Shown here: positions 18,592 to 28,544 of the stretch, one piece after another
How positions within the stretch are numbered: position 1 is the stretch's first letter
How the letters are laid out: each line of letters starts with the position of its first letter
Source: Terriglobales bacterium
GTDB taxonomy: Bacteria > Acidobacteriota > Terriglobia > Terriglobales > SCQP01
Assembly (NCBI GenBank): GCA_050747905.1
Contig: JBOGKQ010000006.1
Location: 52,980-116,979, forward strand
Direction of reading: 5' to 3'
Length of the DNA stretch: 64,000 bases
Notes under the pieces: model-generated
What the model was told of the DNA's origin: nothing
Seen by the model: only the letters and a program-made list of their open reading frames with translations
Database searches by the model: none
Made by a program: the position numbers and the translations under genes

Positions 18592-19731
18592 CTATCGCGC
18601 AGCAGCGGCGGCTTCCCTGCGGGGGGCGAGCGAGGCGTAGAGATCCGCCCAGCGCTGCCCGACCGCACCGGCCAGGAACTGCTCGTCCACGAGCCGGAGC
18701 GCGGCGCGGGAAGCGGCCCGATAGCGATCGGTGTCCAGCAGGAGCTCGGCCATGCCTTGGGCAAAGTCCTCGGGCTGGTTATGCGCCGCCACCACGCCCG
18801 CGGCGTACGCTGCCACCTCGGGGAGGTTGGCCGCGGCGCTAATCACGACAGGAAGGCCAGCCGCCAAGGCCTCGAGCGCGGCCGACGGCTGGCCCTCGGA
18901 GTATGAGGCAAGACACAGGAGCGAGGCCCAGTCCATCAAGTTTGCTTTGGCCGCTCCTCTGACGTCACCAACGAACTCGATGGAGCGCCCCCCGGGGTCG
19001 CATTGCGCGGCGAGCGCTCGCAGGCGTTCAGTCTCGGCGGGTGGGCCGCTGCCGGCGATTCGGAGCGTGGCGTGACTTCGCAGCGGCTCAGGCAGAAGAG
19101 ATAGGGCTCGAATGAGGCACTCGATGTTTTTTCTAGGGTGAAGAATGCTCAGGGAGAGCAGGTGGGGGCGGGATGCGAGGCGGGGGACAGGGGCGCGGGA
19201 GGCGATGCAGTTTGCGATTACTACGGTGCGCGCTCCGCGAAGCCCGATAGCATCGCGGTGCTCCTGTTCGTTGACGATATGAATCGCGGCGGCGCGCGCG
19301 AGGATTTTGCCCTGGACAAGGCGAAGCAAAGTTCTGTTTCGAAGCCCTTTCCAGGATCGGAACCAGAACGGCGCCAGCATGCCATGTGGGCTCACGATAT
19401 AGGGTATCCGAGCGCGCTGAGCCTCCCAGGCTGCAGCCAGGGTCGGATAAAGCCAAACCCCGTGGATGTGGCAGATCGTGGCGCTGCCCAGCTTGCGGCG
19501 CAATTGCTCCCGCAACTGGCGCGAATAGGCAAACCGGCCCGCATGGGCGGGAAAGCAATGGACCGGGAAATCGCCCGCGTCCACCGGGCGGCCGCGCAGG
19601 TCGGTGGTGAAAAACTCGGCCTGCACGCCGAACGGCTGGCAGGATTTGGCCAGGTTGATCGCCGCATGGGCGGGGCCAGCGTCATGCAGACTCATCGTTC
19701 CGAGGACGTGGAACACGCGGACGGGACTCAT
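18592..19731 (-). CDS. Glycosyltransferase family 4 (GT-B fold)
   Basis: 379 aa. The C-terminal GT1/GT4 pattern is present (SYSEGQPSAALEALAAGLPVV). Its start overlaps the stop of the upstream gene (ATGA). Confidence 0.75.
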   Translation of the reverse strand: MSPVRVFHVLGTMSLHDAGPAHAAINLAKSCQPFGVQAEFFTTDLRGRPVDAGDFPVHCFPAHAGRFAYSRQLREQLRRKLGSATICHIHGVWLYPTLAAAWEAQRARIPYIVSPHGMLAPFWFRSWKGLRNRTLLRLVQGKILARAAAIHIVNEQEHRDAIGLRGARTVVIANCIASRAPVPRLASRPHLLSLSILHPRKNIECLIRALSLLPEPLRSHATLRIAGSGPPAETERLRALAAQCDPGGRSIEFVGDVRGAAKANLMDWASLLCLASYSEGQPSAALEALAAGLPVVISAAANLPEVAAYAAGVVAAHNQPEDFAQGMAELLLDTDRYRAASRAALRLVDEQFLAGAVGQRWADLYASLAPRREAAAAAR

Positions 19732-21071
19732 TCGGCTCCATCCATAGCCTGGAGGCGCATAGGCGCCTTCGACCGGCGCCGGATGTGGCCAGGGGTGACG
19801 GCAGCCAGCATGTAGGCAAGCAGCAGCCAGAACAGATAGCTCAGGGCGGGGCAGTGGGAGACGAAATCCCCGCAGCAGTGGACCGCGAAGCCGATGCCCC
19901 CGATCATGGCCGCAAGCTTGTACCGCACCAATTCAGGCTCCAATGTATGGCGCAGCCTGCTGCGGATGCCATAGATAGCCAACGCGGCCACTGCGAGCGC
20001 GAGGGCAAAGCCGAGGGCGCCAGTTTCCGCCAGCAGTTGTGCCACGTCGTCGTGGGCATACAGAAGCAGGAGGCCATTCTCGAAGCGCCGGTATTTGGGA
20101 TAGACCTCGGAGAATGTGTTCAGCCCGGTTCCCACCCAGGGGTGGGCGCGCCAGATTTCGAGACAGGAAAGGGAGAACTGCACGCGATCCGACGCTGACG
20201 AGTCATGGGAGACTGTACTGAAGCGCCGCATCATCGGGCCCCAGCCAGCCAGAAGGGTGAAGGCAACCAGCACGCCGGCCGTTAGTGCCAGCATTCCGCG
20301 GCGCCGGCCAAGGCGGCGGCGCGCGCGCCAGAGCAGGATCGCCCCCAACACCAGCTCGACTCCCAGAATCATCGCTCCGCCGCGGGAGGCGGCGACGAAA
20401 AATGCGGCCAGCATGAGGGCGGGTGCGAGGATGCGCCGCAGTTGCACGGACCAGTCGAGACCACGCAGGCGGGAGAAGCCGACCACGAGCGCGAGGGGAA
20501 GGAGAAGCTCGATGAACGCCGCAAAAAAGTTGTGGTAGGTGAACGGTCCGATGGGCAGCGCGTCCATGGTGGCATCGCGCAGGCCGTAGATCATGCCTCC
20601 GGTCGTGTACTTTTGCACGATTGCTTCAGCGGCCACGAGCGCGGCAAAGACCGTGAGCAGGCGCGCAGCCAAGCGCACGTTGCGGGCATCCGTGAAGGCG
20701 ATCAGGCCGAGGTAGAACACGCATCCGTAGGCGCAGAGCTGGGCCAGTCCATTGAGCGTTACGGCCGGATACACAGTCCAGCGGAAGCTCCATTGAGCGA
20801 GGACAAACAGAGCGAACCCAGCCATGGGAGCCAGAATCCACGGTGTGGGCAAAAACTCGGGTTTGCGCCAGCAGCGGAGAAACACTAGCGCGGTTCCGGC
20901 GTAGAGGGCAAGTTCCAACCCTGCGTTGACGGCTGGGCGCACCGCGCCGAACAGCAGCACCGCCGCGAGGGTGGGGAGAAGCGCGGCCCACAGGATCCAG
21001 CGCCGCTGCGCCGGCGCCGGGCGGAGACGAGAAGCCGGGCGCGGAGGCGCGGGCGAAAATGGGGCTGCCAT
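19728..21071 (-). CDS. O-antigen ligase/polymerase-like membrane protein (Wzy_C-type)
   Basis: 447 aa with more than 10 TM helices and a large loop carrying H/R residues, as is typical of the O-antigen ligase family. It is translationally coupled on both sides. Confidence 0.65.
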   Translation of the reverse strand: MAAPFSPAPPRPASRLRPAPAQRRWILWAALLPTLAAVLLFGAVRPAVNAGLELALYAGTALVFLRCWRKPEFLPTPWILAPMAGFALFVLAQWSFRWTVYPAVTLNGLAQLCAYGCVFYLGLIAFTDARNVRLAARLLTVFAALVAAEAIVQKYTTGGMIYGLRDATMDALPIGPFTYHNFFAAFIELLLPLALVVGFSRLRGLDWSVQLRRILAPALMLAAFFVAASRGGAMILGVELVLGAILLWRARRRLGRRRGMLALTAGVLVAFTLLAGWGPMMRRFSTVSHDSSASDRVQFSLSCLEIWRAHPWVGTGLNTFSEVYPKYRRFENGLLLLYAHDDVAQLLAETGALGFALALAVAALAIYGIRSRLRHTLEPELVRYKLAAMIGGIGFAVHCCGDFVSHCPALSYLFWLLLAYMLAAVTPGHIRRRSKAPMRLQAMDGAE

Positions 21072-22414
21072 CAGTGTCCCCCCTCTTCCGGCTGCATCCG
21101 CAGCGCGGCTATTTCGACCGAACGATGCAGCAGCGTCTCACCATTCGGACGGCCATATTTGATTTGCAGGGTGACCACGGAGGTATGCGCCGGAGCCCGG
21201 AAGCTCAGATCCGCCGGGCTCCACTGCGATTGTAACGGCAGGGTCACCTGGGCGAGGATGACGCCAGCCGGCGTGACCACATCGGCGGTGACGCCGCGTT
21301 CGCTCGGCGCGGCCAAGTCGCGGGAAGAAAGCGCGATGCGGTAACGCTGGCCGGGCGTGATCCATAGATCCTGCTCCAGCAGGCTGCCCTGTTGGCGATC
21401 CAGGCCGGAAAAATCGAAGCGCACAGCGTTGATGCCCCCTGGGCCCGCAGCGGGTTCGACCACCGACGGAAGCACCTGAGTGTCGCGCCAGGAAAATAAG
21501 ACTCCGAGCCAGGGATACTGAAAATCCCCATCATGGAGCAGCCCGCGGACGGCGGGAGTGCCGCGCAGGACGCCAATGGTCAGAGCGTGATCCCAAGCCC
21601 TCTGCGCTTGGGTAACGGCGATGGCAGAGGCCGCATCCGTGCCAGTGCGTGCCTGCTGCGAAAGTCCATCGAGCAGTTGGGTGGCGGCAGCATGACAGAA
21701 ATGCTCCTGCAAGTAAGGGTTACAGCGCCCCAAACTTTGAAACGCTGTGGCGGCCGTATTCCAATCATGGCGGTAGGCGAAGTAGAGCACGCCTTGAGCA
21801 CGCTGGCCGGGACGATGGGAGGGAAGCAGCGACAGCATGTCGGCCGCCGGCCACCTTGCCTCATAGGCGGCATTGAGAATCTCAAACACAAAGCCAGGGT
21901 CCATAACGGCGGCGGCGGCGTGCAATTGCTCAAAAAACAGGTTCGATTGTCCCAATGCGCGCGCCAGGTTGGCGAACTCATAGTGGACGTGCTCCCCCTC
22001 GGGATCGTGTTGCTCAGCCTGACGCAGCGCGGCGAGCGCGGCGGGAATGTCGCCCAACTGGAACTGGAACAGCCCCAACTCGTACCAGCTCTCGGCCGGC
22101 GAGGGGTTCAATTGCAACGCCTGCCGCATGTCGCGTAGCGCGGCGGATGGATTTGCCGCCGATTCCACCATTGCCAGCTCGCTCCAGTAAGGCGCGATGC
22201 CGGGGCGGGCGCGGATGGCAAGCCGGAGGGCTGACTCAGCGGCCTGCATATTGTCGGTCGCGCCTATCGGGTTCAACTGCTGGCTCGCAACGCCCGACCA
22301 GTAATCCGCCAGCCCGGTGCGCACAGCCAGAACGGCGGCCAGCGCTAACAGGGCCAGGGCAATCGCCAGGGCGGCTTGCAGCGGGAGACGCGGGGTTGGC
22401 GAAGGCGACGTCAC
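21071..22414 (-). CDS. Membrane-anchored TPR-repeat protein with a C-terminal beta-rich domain
   Basis: It has an N-terminal TM segment (LQAALAIALALLALAAVLAV), TPR-like repeats (AESWYELGLFQFQLGDIPAALAALRQA) and a C-terminal region of about 150 aa predicted to be beta-rich. Confidence 0.6.
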   Translation of the reverse strand: MTSPSPTPRLPLQAALAIALALLALAAVLAVRTGLADYWSGVASQQLNPIGATDNMQAAESALRLAIRARPGIAPYWSELAMVESAANPSAALRDMRQALQLNPSPAESWYELGLFQFQLGDIPAALAALRQAEQHDPEGEHVHYEFANLARALGQSNLFFEQLHAAAAVMDPGFVFEILNAAYEARWPAADMLSLLPSHRPGQRAQGVLYFAYRHDWNTAATAFQSLGRCNPYLQEHFCHAAATQLLDGLSQQARTGTDAASAIAVTQAQRAWDHALTIGVLRGTPAVRGLLHDGDFQYPWLGVLFSWRDTQVLPSVVEPAAGPGGINAVRFDFSGLDRQQGSLLEQDLWITPGQRYRIALSSRDLAAPSERGVTADVVTPAGVILAQVTLPLQSQWSPADLSFRAPAHTSVVTLQIKYGRPNGETLLHRSVEIAALRMQPEEGGH

Positions 22415-22428
22415 GGCCTTGGGCAGGG

Positions 22429-23820
22429 TCAGCGTCCCTCCACCGCCAGCGTGCCGACGCGTGCCGGTTCAGGGCGCCCGGCCGCCTCCAGCAGGCGTAT
22501 TGCAAAAAAGTAAAGCAGAAAGACGAATTCAATCTTTATAAGATCGTAGGAATCATAGAAATAGAAGCGGAAAGTATATGCCACGGCCACGGTATACAGG
22601 CAGACCCACAACGGCGATGGGGTCCGCAGTCGCCGCCGGTGCAGCCACGCAATCAGCCAGCCGTTTACCAGGCCGACCAACAGGCACCCCCACCAGGAAA
22701 AATTCATGTAGGCCTCAGAGACTACGGTGCCGCCACCGTTGGTGTCCAGCCCGGCGTCCTTGAGCAAGTCGGTAGTTCCGAGGGCGTGGTATCCACCGCG
22801 CATGGCTGAGGGTTCGAGTCGCGGGATATAGTCGAGATAGGTTTTGCCCCATAGCAGTGGCCTGCGTCCGGATTCGATCATGTAAAGGGAGGAAGTAGTG
22901 CTGGCCGCGTAGTCTCCCAGGTCGCCAATCTCGTGGAAATGCTCTAGTTCGAATAAGCTCTGCGATACCATGGTGGAAATCGGAACCGTACCGCTGGCGG
23001 CCAGTTGACGAAACACCGCGACGAAGGTCAACAGCGGAATGCCCACGATTGCGCCCAGCAGCACCAGACTGACCTGCCGATCGTAGGAGCGGATGCGTAT
23101 CAGCAGCAGAACGAAAACGCCCGCGAGCAGTTCGGCGCGGCCGCCGTGAAGCAGCTCGGCCAGGAACTGGATTGCCCAGAGGCCGTTGAGTAGCATGCGG
23201 GCGGGCGTGGACCAGTGGCGCGCGTGCAATTCGAGCAGTAAAAGGCTGAGGGTGCCGAGCGACGGCCACATGCCCGAGTAGAACAACTGATTTCCCGTCG
23301 GCAGCAGCCGGTAGCCTGCCGAAAGAATTGATGCGCCGAGCTGGAGCTGAAAATTCGCCATCGAGAACGTCCACACCGCCAGGATGGCGGCGACCGTGGG
23401 GGCACGCAGCCGCCCAGGGTGAGCGACCGGAGGGGTCGGGATCTCCGCTTCGGCCCCAGCGTAGCAAAGCCATGCCAGGCTGACGGCGGAGGCGAACTCG
23501 GCCGCGCAGACGATGGCCTGTGCCATGATGCCGGTTCTCTGGCTAATTGCGCTCCATACCGACAGCATGGCAGGGATTCCCGCCAGCCGCTGACAAAGCA
23601 CCACGGCCGTGAGCAGGGCGGGCAGCAGCAGGAGCGTAAGCGCAAGGACGATGAGCCAGTTGGCAAAGGCGCGGCGGTGGACAGCCAGCAGCCCAAGCAC
23701 CGCGGCCAACGCGAAAAGCGCAGTGAGCGGCGAGGCTGCGCCGGGAATGCTAAGCGGCAGAAGTACGGTGCAAAGCACCGCAAAGGCCGCCCAGCGCGTG
23801 TGCAGGCGCGGGCGCGTCAT
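22429..23820 (-). CDS. Oligosaccharide repeat-unit polymerase (Wzy-type) membrane protein
   Basis: The start is trimmed to ATG 23820 (MTRPRLHTRWAAFAVL), 4 nt after the stop of the export gene. It is polytopic, with a Wzy-like C-terminus (YTFRFYFYDSYDLIKIEFVFLLYFF). Confidence 0.6.
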   Translation of the reverse strand: MTRPRLHTRWAAFAVLCTVLLPLSIPGAASPLTALFALAAVLGLLAVHRRAFANWLIVLALTLLLLPALLTAVVLCQRLAGIPAMLSVWSAISQRTGIMAQAIVCAAEFASAVSLAWLCYAGAEAEIPTPPVAHPGRLRAPTVAAILAVWTFSMANFQLQLGASILSAGYRLLPTGNQLFYSGMWPSLGTLSLLLLELHARHWSTPARMLLNGLWAIQFLAELLHGGRAELLAGVFVLLLIRIRSYDRQVSLVLLGAIVGIPLLTFVAVFRQLAASGTVPISTMVSQSLFELEHFHEIGDLGDYAASTTSSLYMIESGRRPLLWGKTYLDYIPRLEPSAMRGGYHALGTTDLLKDAGLDTNGGGTVVSEAYMNFSWWGCLLVGLVNGWLIAWLHRRRLRTPSPLWVCLYTVAVAYTFRFYFYDSYDLIKIEFVFLLYFFAIRLLEAAGRPEPARVGTLAVEGR

Positions 23821-23824
23821 CGGC

Positions 23825-24910
23825 CTAATGCGGAATGAAAGAGTACCCGATGGCCAGGGCGACAGCCTGGCCGGCAACGCCGGCGCTCCCGCGCAGGACC
23901 TTGCCCCAGCCGTTTTCCGGCACGAAGAGAATATCTCCGGCTTCAAGAGTTATATCCGGCGCCTGGTGATTCAGGATTTTGGAGATGTTGACCGGCATCG
24001 GCTGGGCAACGCCACCGTCGGTGCGGAAGATGATCGCATGGCTCTTGCTGGCTGGGTCTTTGAAACCTTGCGCCAAAGCGACCGCTTTGAGCACCGTGAT
24101 GGGTTCGTCACTGTGCAGCGGAAATGCCCCGGGCTTCTGAAAGGAACCGACAGCGTAAATCATCCGTGCTGGCAGGACGCGGACGCTTTCCCCACCTCCG
24201 AGCGTAGGATCCCAGCGCGGATCGGTCGCGTGGGCGACGATGTCCCGGATTTCCAGAGTCTGGGTGCTTGGATCTTGTTCGCTGGCCTGAGTGAGCAGCA
24301 CCTGGGTTCCGGCGTCGGTGTTCAATCCACCCGCGCGGCTTAACACCTCCAGCAAACTCATGGGCTGGGCGGCCTGGATCACGCCCGGATAGCGAACCTC
24401 GCCGGACACGACGATGGGGCGGCTGTTCACTTGGCGTACCACCACTTGCACCACCGGATTTGTCGCCAGCCGGTTCACCAGCAGATCGTGGCGGATGGCG
24501 ACTTCCAGCTCCGGCGCGGTGCGGCCCGTGGCGGTAATGGGACGCGGAAGCATCGGGAGCAGAATGGCGCCTTGCGAGCCCACCCGCACCTGGCGGGTCA
24601 TGCTGGGCATCTGGTAAACAAAAACTGAGAGCAGATCGCGATCGCCGATGACGTAGTTGTCGGGCGCAGCGGGCACGGCCAAGTCTGGGATGAGCTTATC
24701 GGGAATGGCGGTCGGCTCAGGCATGGGGCTGATCATGACCGGCTCCACAGGAACTGGCATGGTAGAGGCCCCCTGCGCCTCCAGTCGGCCGGCTCCGGCA
24801 ATCGCCAGCACGGTGGCCAGCGCGAGACGTGCCGCAATGGCGCTAGCCCTGGCCGGCTGCGGCCTCTTCCTCGGCATAGTACTGATATCCATCGGCATTG
24901 TAGTATCCAT
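23825..24910 (-). CDS. Polysaccharide export protein (Wza-like; Poly_export + SLBB domains)
   Basis: YVIGDRDLLSVFVY...GTQGAILLP-like segment, VSGEVRYPGV and EAGDILFVPE are present. The start is ambiguous: Met codons at 24910, 24898, 24892 and 24877 all overlap the end of wzc. Confidence 0.8.
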   Translation of the reverse strand: MDTTMPMDISTMPRKRPQPARASAIAARLALATVLAIAGAGRLEAQGASTMPVPVEPVMISPMPEPTAIPDKLIPDLAVPAAPDNYVIGDRDLLSVFVYQMPSMTRQVRVGSQGAILLPMLPRPITATGRTAPELEVAIRHDLLVNRLATNPVVQVVVRQVNSRPIVVSGEVRYPGVIQAAQPMSLLEVLSRAGGLNTDAGTQVLLTQASEQDPSTQTLEIRDIVAHATDPRWDPTLGGGESVRVLPARMIYAVGSFQKPGAFPLHSDEPITVLKAVALAQGFKDPASKSHAIIFRTDGGVAQPMPVNISKILNHQAPDITLEAGDILFVPENGWGKVLRGSAGVAGQAVALAIGYSFIPH

Positions 24911-27041
24911 AATACTGGCCCGTTTTGCTGGAAACTTGATTCAGGATGATCCCGACCAAGTTGGCGCCGGAGCTCGAGAGCTGCCGCAACGCCGAGTGGA
25001 CGCGGGCGCGATCCGTGGTGCCGGCATGCACCACGACCAGCACGCTGCCGGCCGCACCCGCAATAATTGCCGTGTCTGCGAAGCCGAGCGCAGGCGGACA
25101 ATCGAGGAGCACGAAATCGAACTGGGTCCGCATCTGCTCCAAGACATCCTCGAGGTGCAGGTGTAGCAGTTCAACGGCGTTGTGGCAACCTGAACCAGCC
25201 GGCATGATGGTCAAATTGGGGCCGATGGGCCGGAAGCAATCGCTGGGAGCGCACAGGCCGCGCAGGACATTGGAGAAGCCGGGCTGGCGGGAGATGCCGA
25301 ATTTGGAGTGCATGCTGGGCTTGCGCATGTCGGCGTCAATCAACAGGGTGCGGCGGCCGAGCGTGGCCATTGCCGCCGCCAGATTACCGGAAATCGTGCT
25401 TTTGCCCTCGGCTGGTACTGAGCTGGTCAGGGCCAGGGCGGTGGAGCCGCTATCGAGGGTGAACGCCAGCGCTGAGTGCAGCGCCAAGATGGACTCCTGG
25501 AACGCCGAGAGCCGTTCGGTCCGCCGGGACCCGTCGGCATCGCCTGCCATCAGCAGCGGGAAATGGCGGGGGGACAAGTCGGCCAGAAGAGTCTTGGAGC
25601 GCGCCTGCGGGAGCACGCCGATGACGGGCAAACGGAACCAGCGCTCCACCTGCTCGGCCGAGGTCACGCTCTTGTCAAGCGCGCCCGTAAGCAGGGCCGC
25701 ACCAATGCCGATGATCGAGGAAAGCAGAAGCGCGAGCGCGGCCCAGAGTTTGATCCTCGGCGAGGCGGGAATGTCGGAGGGTATCGCCGGGCTGATGAGG
25801 CGCAAGTCCTCTGAGCGCTGACCGGCCGCGACGGTGGCGTCCTGGATTTGCTTTTGCAAGTCGTAGTAAAGCTGGGTGGAACTGGTGGCCGCGGCCTTGA
25901 GCGCCTGATAGCGCACGGCGCGCATATTAAAGGCGTCCACGGCCGTTTTTTGCTGCGCGAGACTTGCCGACAGGAGCTGCTCGTTCCGGTAGGCGACGCG
26001 GAAGTGATTCTGTATTTGCGCGGCCAGTTGCTGTGCCTGCTGCTGCAGCATCTGCCGATCGTGCTGCACTACGGCAACCTGCTGGCGGTAGCGGGGGTGG
26101 TTCGGACCATAGATGGTGGCCAGCGTCGCCAGCTCGCGCTGATCCTCCAGATACTGGTCTTGCAGGGGAATCAATTTTCTGCCATCCGGGGTGGCCAGCA
26201 GGGCGACCAGGCTCCCCTCCGAAACTGCCTGGGCGCTGGCCTGGGCCAACATGCGTGCCGCCTGCGCCTTGGTCATCTCCTGGTTGATTTGCGACAGGCG
26301 CGCCTGATAGATATTCGTTTGGTCATCCGCGTTGATGACGTCGTGCGAGCTTTCGTAGTTCACCAAGGCCGTTTGATCTTGTTCCATCTGCGCGCGCAAA
26401 CCGTCGAGCTGGTCGGACATGTAGGCGGTGGAATCGGTGAGGGCGCGGGCGCGGGTGGCGTACTCGTGCTCCATAAAGGCCTGCGCCAATCCGTTGGCGG
26501 CGCGCGCGGCCACTTGCGGATTCCTCGACCGGAATTGAATTTCGAGCAGAAACGTGTCCAGGGGTTGGGAAACGCTGATGTGCGTGCCGACATTGCGGAG
26601 CAGCCGGACCTGGCGGTCGATGGCGCTGGCGTTGGCGGCCACCTTGGGTTGGAATTCCGGATCGCTGGCCAAGCCGAGCGCGTCAATGGCCTTTTGTTCC
26701 ACGGCGGGGCTGGTGATCACCGCCGCTTCGGTCGCCACCAGCAGGCGTGCATTAACGGCCGACGCGCCGGAGTCCTGGGTGGCTCCCACAACCCGTACGC
26801 CCGATGGATCCACACGCAGGATCGCGTCGCCTTCATAGGTCTTGGGCAGGCTCAACGCCAGCACCGTTACGGCGGCGGTAACCATCAGCACCAAGGCAAT
26901 AATCCTGCTCCCGTTCTTCCGCAGTAGAAACCAGTAATAGGACAATGGGATATCGAGACGGTCGGTCTCGGTCGGCGGCTCCCCGGCGACTGCGGGCAGT
27001 ACGGTGGGTGCGGCCGAGGGTGGGGCGTGCATGATCGACAT
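24843..27041 (-). CDS. Polysaccharide co-polymerase / tyrosine autokinase (Wzc/GumC-like, PCP-2a)
   Basis: 732 aa. It has a Wzz domain with coiled coil, a Walker A motif (SSVPAEGKSTISGNLA), LIDADMRKP and a Tyr-rich tail (QYYGYYNADGYQYYAEEE). Confidence 0.85.
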   Translation of the reverse strand: MSIMHAPPSAAPTVLPAVAGEPPTETDRLDIPLSYYWFLLRKNGSRIIALVLMVTAAVTVLALSLPKTYEGDAILRVDPSGVRVVGATQDSGASAVNARLLVATEAAVITSPAVEQKAIDALGLASDPEFQPKVAANASAIDRQVRLLRNVGTHISVSQPLDTFLLEIQFRSRNPQVAARAANGLAQAFMEHEYATRARALTDSTAYMSDQLDGLRAQMEQDQTALVNYESSHDVINADDQTNIYQARLSQINQEMTKAQAARMLAQASAQAVSEGSLVALLATPDGRKLIPLQDQYLEDQRELATLATIYGPNHPRYRQQVAVVQHDRQMLQQQAQQLAAQIQNHFRVAYRNEQLLSASLAQQKTAVDAFNMRAVRYQALKAAATSSTQLYYDLQKQIQDATVAAGQRSEDLRLISPAIPSDIPASPRIKLWAALALLLSSIIGIGAALLTGALDKSVTSAEQVERWFRLPVIGVLPQARSKTLLADLSPRHFPLLMAGDADGSRRTERLSAFQESILALHSALAFTLDSGSTALALTSSVPAEGKSTISGNLAAAMATLGRRTLLIDADMRKPSMHSKFGISRQPGFSNVLRGLCAPSDCFRPIGPNLTIMPAGSGCHNAVELLHLHLEDVLEQMRTQFDFVLLDCPPALGFADTAIIAGAAGSVLVVVHAGTTDRARVHSALRQLSSSGANLVGIILNQVSSKTGQYYGYYNADGYQYYAEEEAAAGQG

Positions 27042-27406
27042 CAGCGGATCCGTGCCGGCGTTGCGGAATTTGAAAGCTCGGGAACTCAGATTACACCAAC
27101 CAAGAAGGGAATGCTATAAGCGGTACTATGGGGGCCGTGGGTACCTTGGGAGCGGTGCCTCGCTCGGGTCCTGTGGCGGCGGCGCGGCGGGTGGCAAACG
27201 GGAAGCGGATCGCCGCGCAAAGCGGGGCTGCTGCACGAAACCGCCCGCGAGGTCCGCAGGGGCCGGCCAGCCGCGGAAGGGCCTTCGCCGGGCGTTTCTG
27301 CGCAGTAGGTGGGGGCGAAAGCCCTCGGCGCCGGTACGGGTGTGGGTTACCATTGGCTGATCCCAACGCGGCGGTTTTATCCCGCTACCGCTGCAAACCC
27401 AACGTG

Positions 27407-28363
27407 ATGATTACCAGCCGCCAATTACGACACCAACTCCGGAAAATCTGGGTCGAGGGATTCCACGCGGGCCAGCGGCTCGGGGTTGACATTCTTCCGC
27501 GGCACTATTACTCGAGCATTCCCGACGTTCGGGAGCTGAAGCAGAGCCGCTCGTGGAGGGAGCCGACCACCATGGTTGCCGTCCGGGGGGCTGCGATCAC
27601 ACCGCAGCTCGAATTTGCCCGCATGCTTACAGCCTCATGGCGCGGGCACCTCGGCGGCCAAGCCTACCGCAAGGCCATCGCTCACAACGGCGTCGTCGGC
27701 TACGGCGAGATCGAGGCAGAATTCCTGTTCTGCTTTATTGCGACGTTGCGGCCAGGCAAGATTATTCAGATTGGTGCTGGCGTGTCCACCGCCGTGATCG
27801 CTGAAGCTGCTGTTGTCTCCGGGTACCGTCCGCACGTGCTGGCCATTGATCCGTTCCCGAATGCGTACCTTAGGGATGCAGCGAGGCGGGAAGAGGTCGA
27901 GCTGCTGAGTGCGACGGCGCAGGACGTCGCGTTGGAGGTATTAACCGACTTAGGGCCCGGCGATTTGCTCTTTGTCGATTCCAGTCACGCAGTTCGCGCT
28001 GGCGGAGAAGTGAACCGCGTCATTCTGGAGGTCCTGCCGCGTTTGCGGTCCGGATGCCATGTTCACTTCCACGATATTGATTTCCCATATGACTACGGCC
28101 CTGATCTTTTGCGGACCTGCGTTTTCTGGAGCGAGAGCACATTGCTACACGCCTTCCTGACTCAGAACTCGCGGTGGAGGATTACGGCCTCGCTGAGTAT
28201 GCTGGCCCACCTGGCGCAAGCTGAGTTGCGGGAGATGTTCCCTTCGTACCGGCCAGCGATCATGGACCACGGGCTCATCCAGCCCAGCCCCGCCGGGTCA
28301 CATTTCCCTAACTCCGCGTGGCTGCTCGCCGAAGATGCCGAGTGCGTCGGGCCGGTTTCGTAG
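27407..28363 (+). CDS. Class I SAM-dependent methyltransferase (Methyltransf_24-like)
   Basis: Start ATG 27407 (MITSRQL). It has IIQIGAGVSTAV and LLFVDSSHAVRAGGEV. The upstream part of the listed ORF is Gly/Arg/Ala-rich read-through. The last 43 codons lie inside direct repeat copy 1. Confidence 0.6.
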   Translation: MITSRQLRHQLRKIWVEGFHAGQRLGVDILPRHYYSSIPDVRELKQSRSWREPTTMVAVRGAAITPQLEFARMLTASWRGHLGGQAYRKAIAHNGVVGYGEIEAEFLFCFIATLRPGKIIQIGAGVSTAVIAEAAVVSGYRPHVLAIDPFPNAYLRDAARREEVELLSATAQDVALEVLTDLGPGDLLFVDSSHAVRAGGEVNRVILEVLPRLRSGCHVHFHDIDFPYDYGPDLLRTCVFWSESTLLHAFLTQNSRWRITASLSMLAHLAQAELREMFPSYRPAIMDHGLIQPSPAGSHFPNSAWLLAEDAECVGPVS

Positions 28364-28544
28364 CGCCGGGCCGGGCGAGGTCCGCGGGCGGCGCGAGCGG
28401 CCTGCAAGTTGCCTCACTCTGGTTGACTCTCTGGGCGAGGGACCTGTATTATGATGGGCTCGCCCGTGCGTGCCGGACCGGACGCCAGCGTGGTTTGCAT
28501 CGGTACGCAACATGACTGCGAACATGGAGCCGCACCCCAGTTTA
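28234..28544 (+). repeat. 311-bp direct repeat, copy 1 (3' end of methyltransferase gene + intergenic promoter + first 8 codons of the downstream gene)
   Basis: Hand alignment with 30944..31254 (offset 2710) gives about 13-14 mismatches and no indels, roughly 95% identity. Homology ends exactly at the TA that flanks the IS630-family element. Confidence 0.9.

Noticed and set aside
18387-18764. N-terminal extension of the heptose kinase ORF (MPKAWPSS...)
   Set aside because: The extension reads through repeat copy B (MLARAPARLLRPAG...) and overlaps the 3' end of the GT4 gene. The conserved kinase core starts just after GTG 18386.
27193-27207. Weak -24/-12-like TGGCAAACGGGAAGC upstream of the methyltransferase gene
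   Set aside because: The -12 element is AAGC rather than TTGC(A/T), and it lies about 200 nt from the start codon. That is not enough to call.
27150-27350. Possible degenerate copy of the dispersed repeat (CTGCGCAGT...GGGCGAAAGC) in the wzc/methyltransferase intergenic region
   Set aside because: Only short patches match module M6, and I could not align it convincingly by hand.
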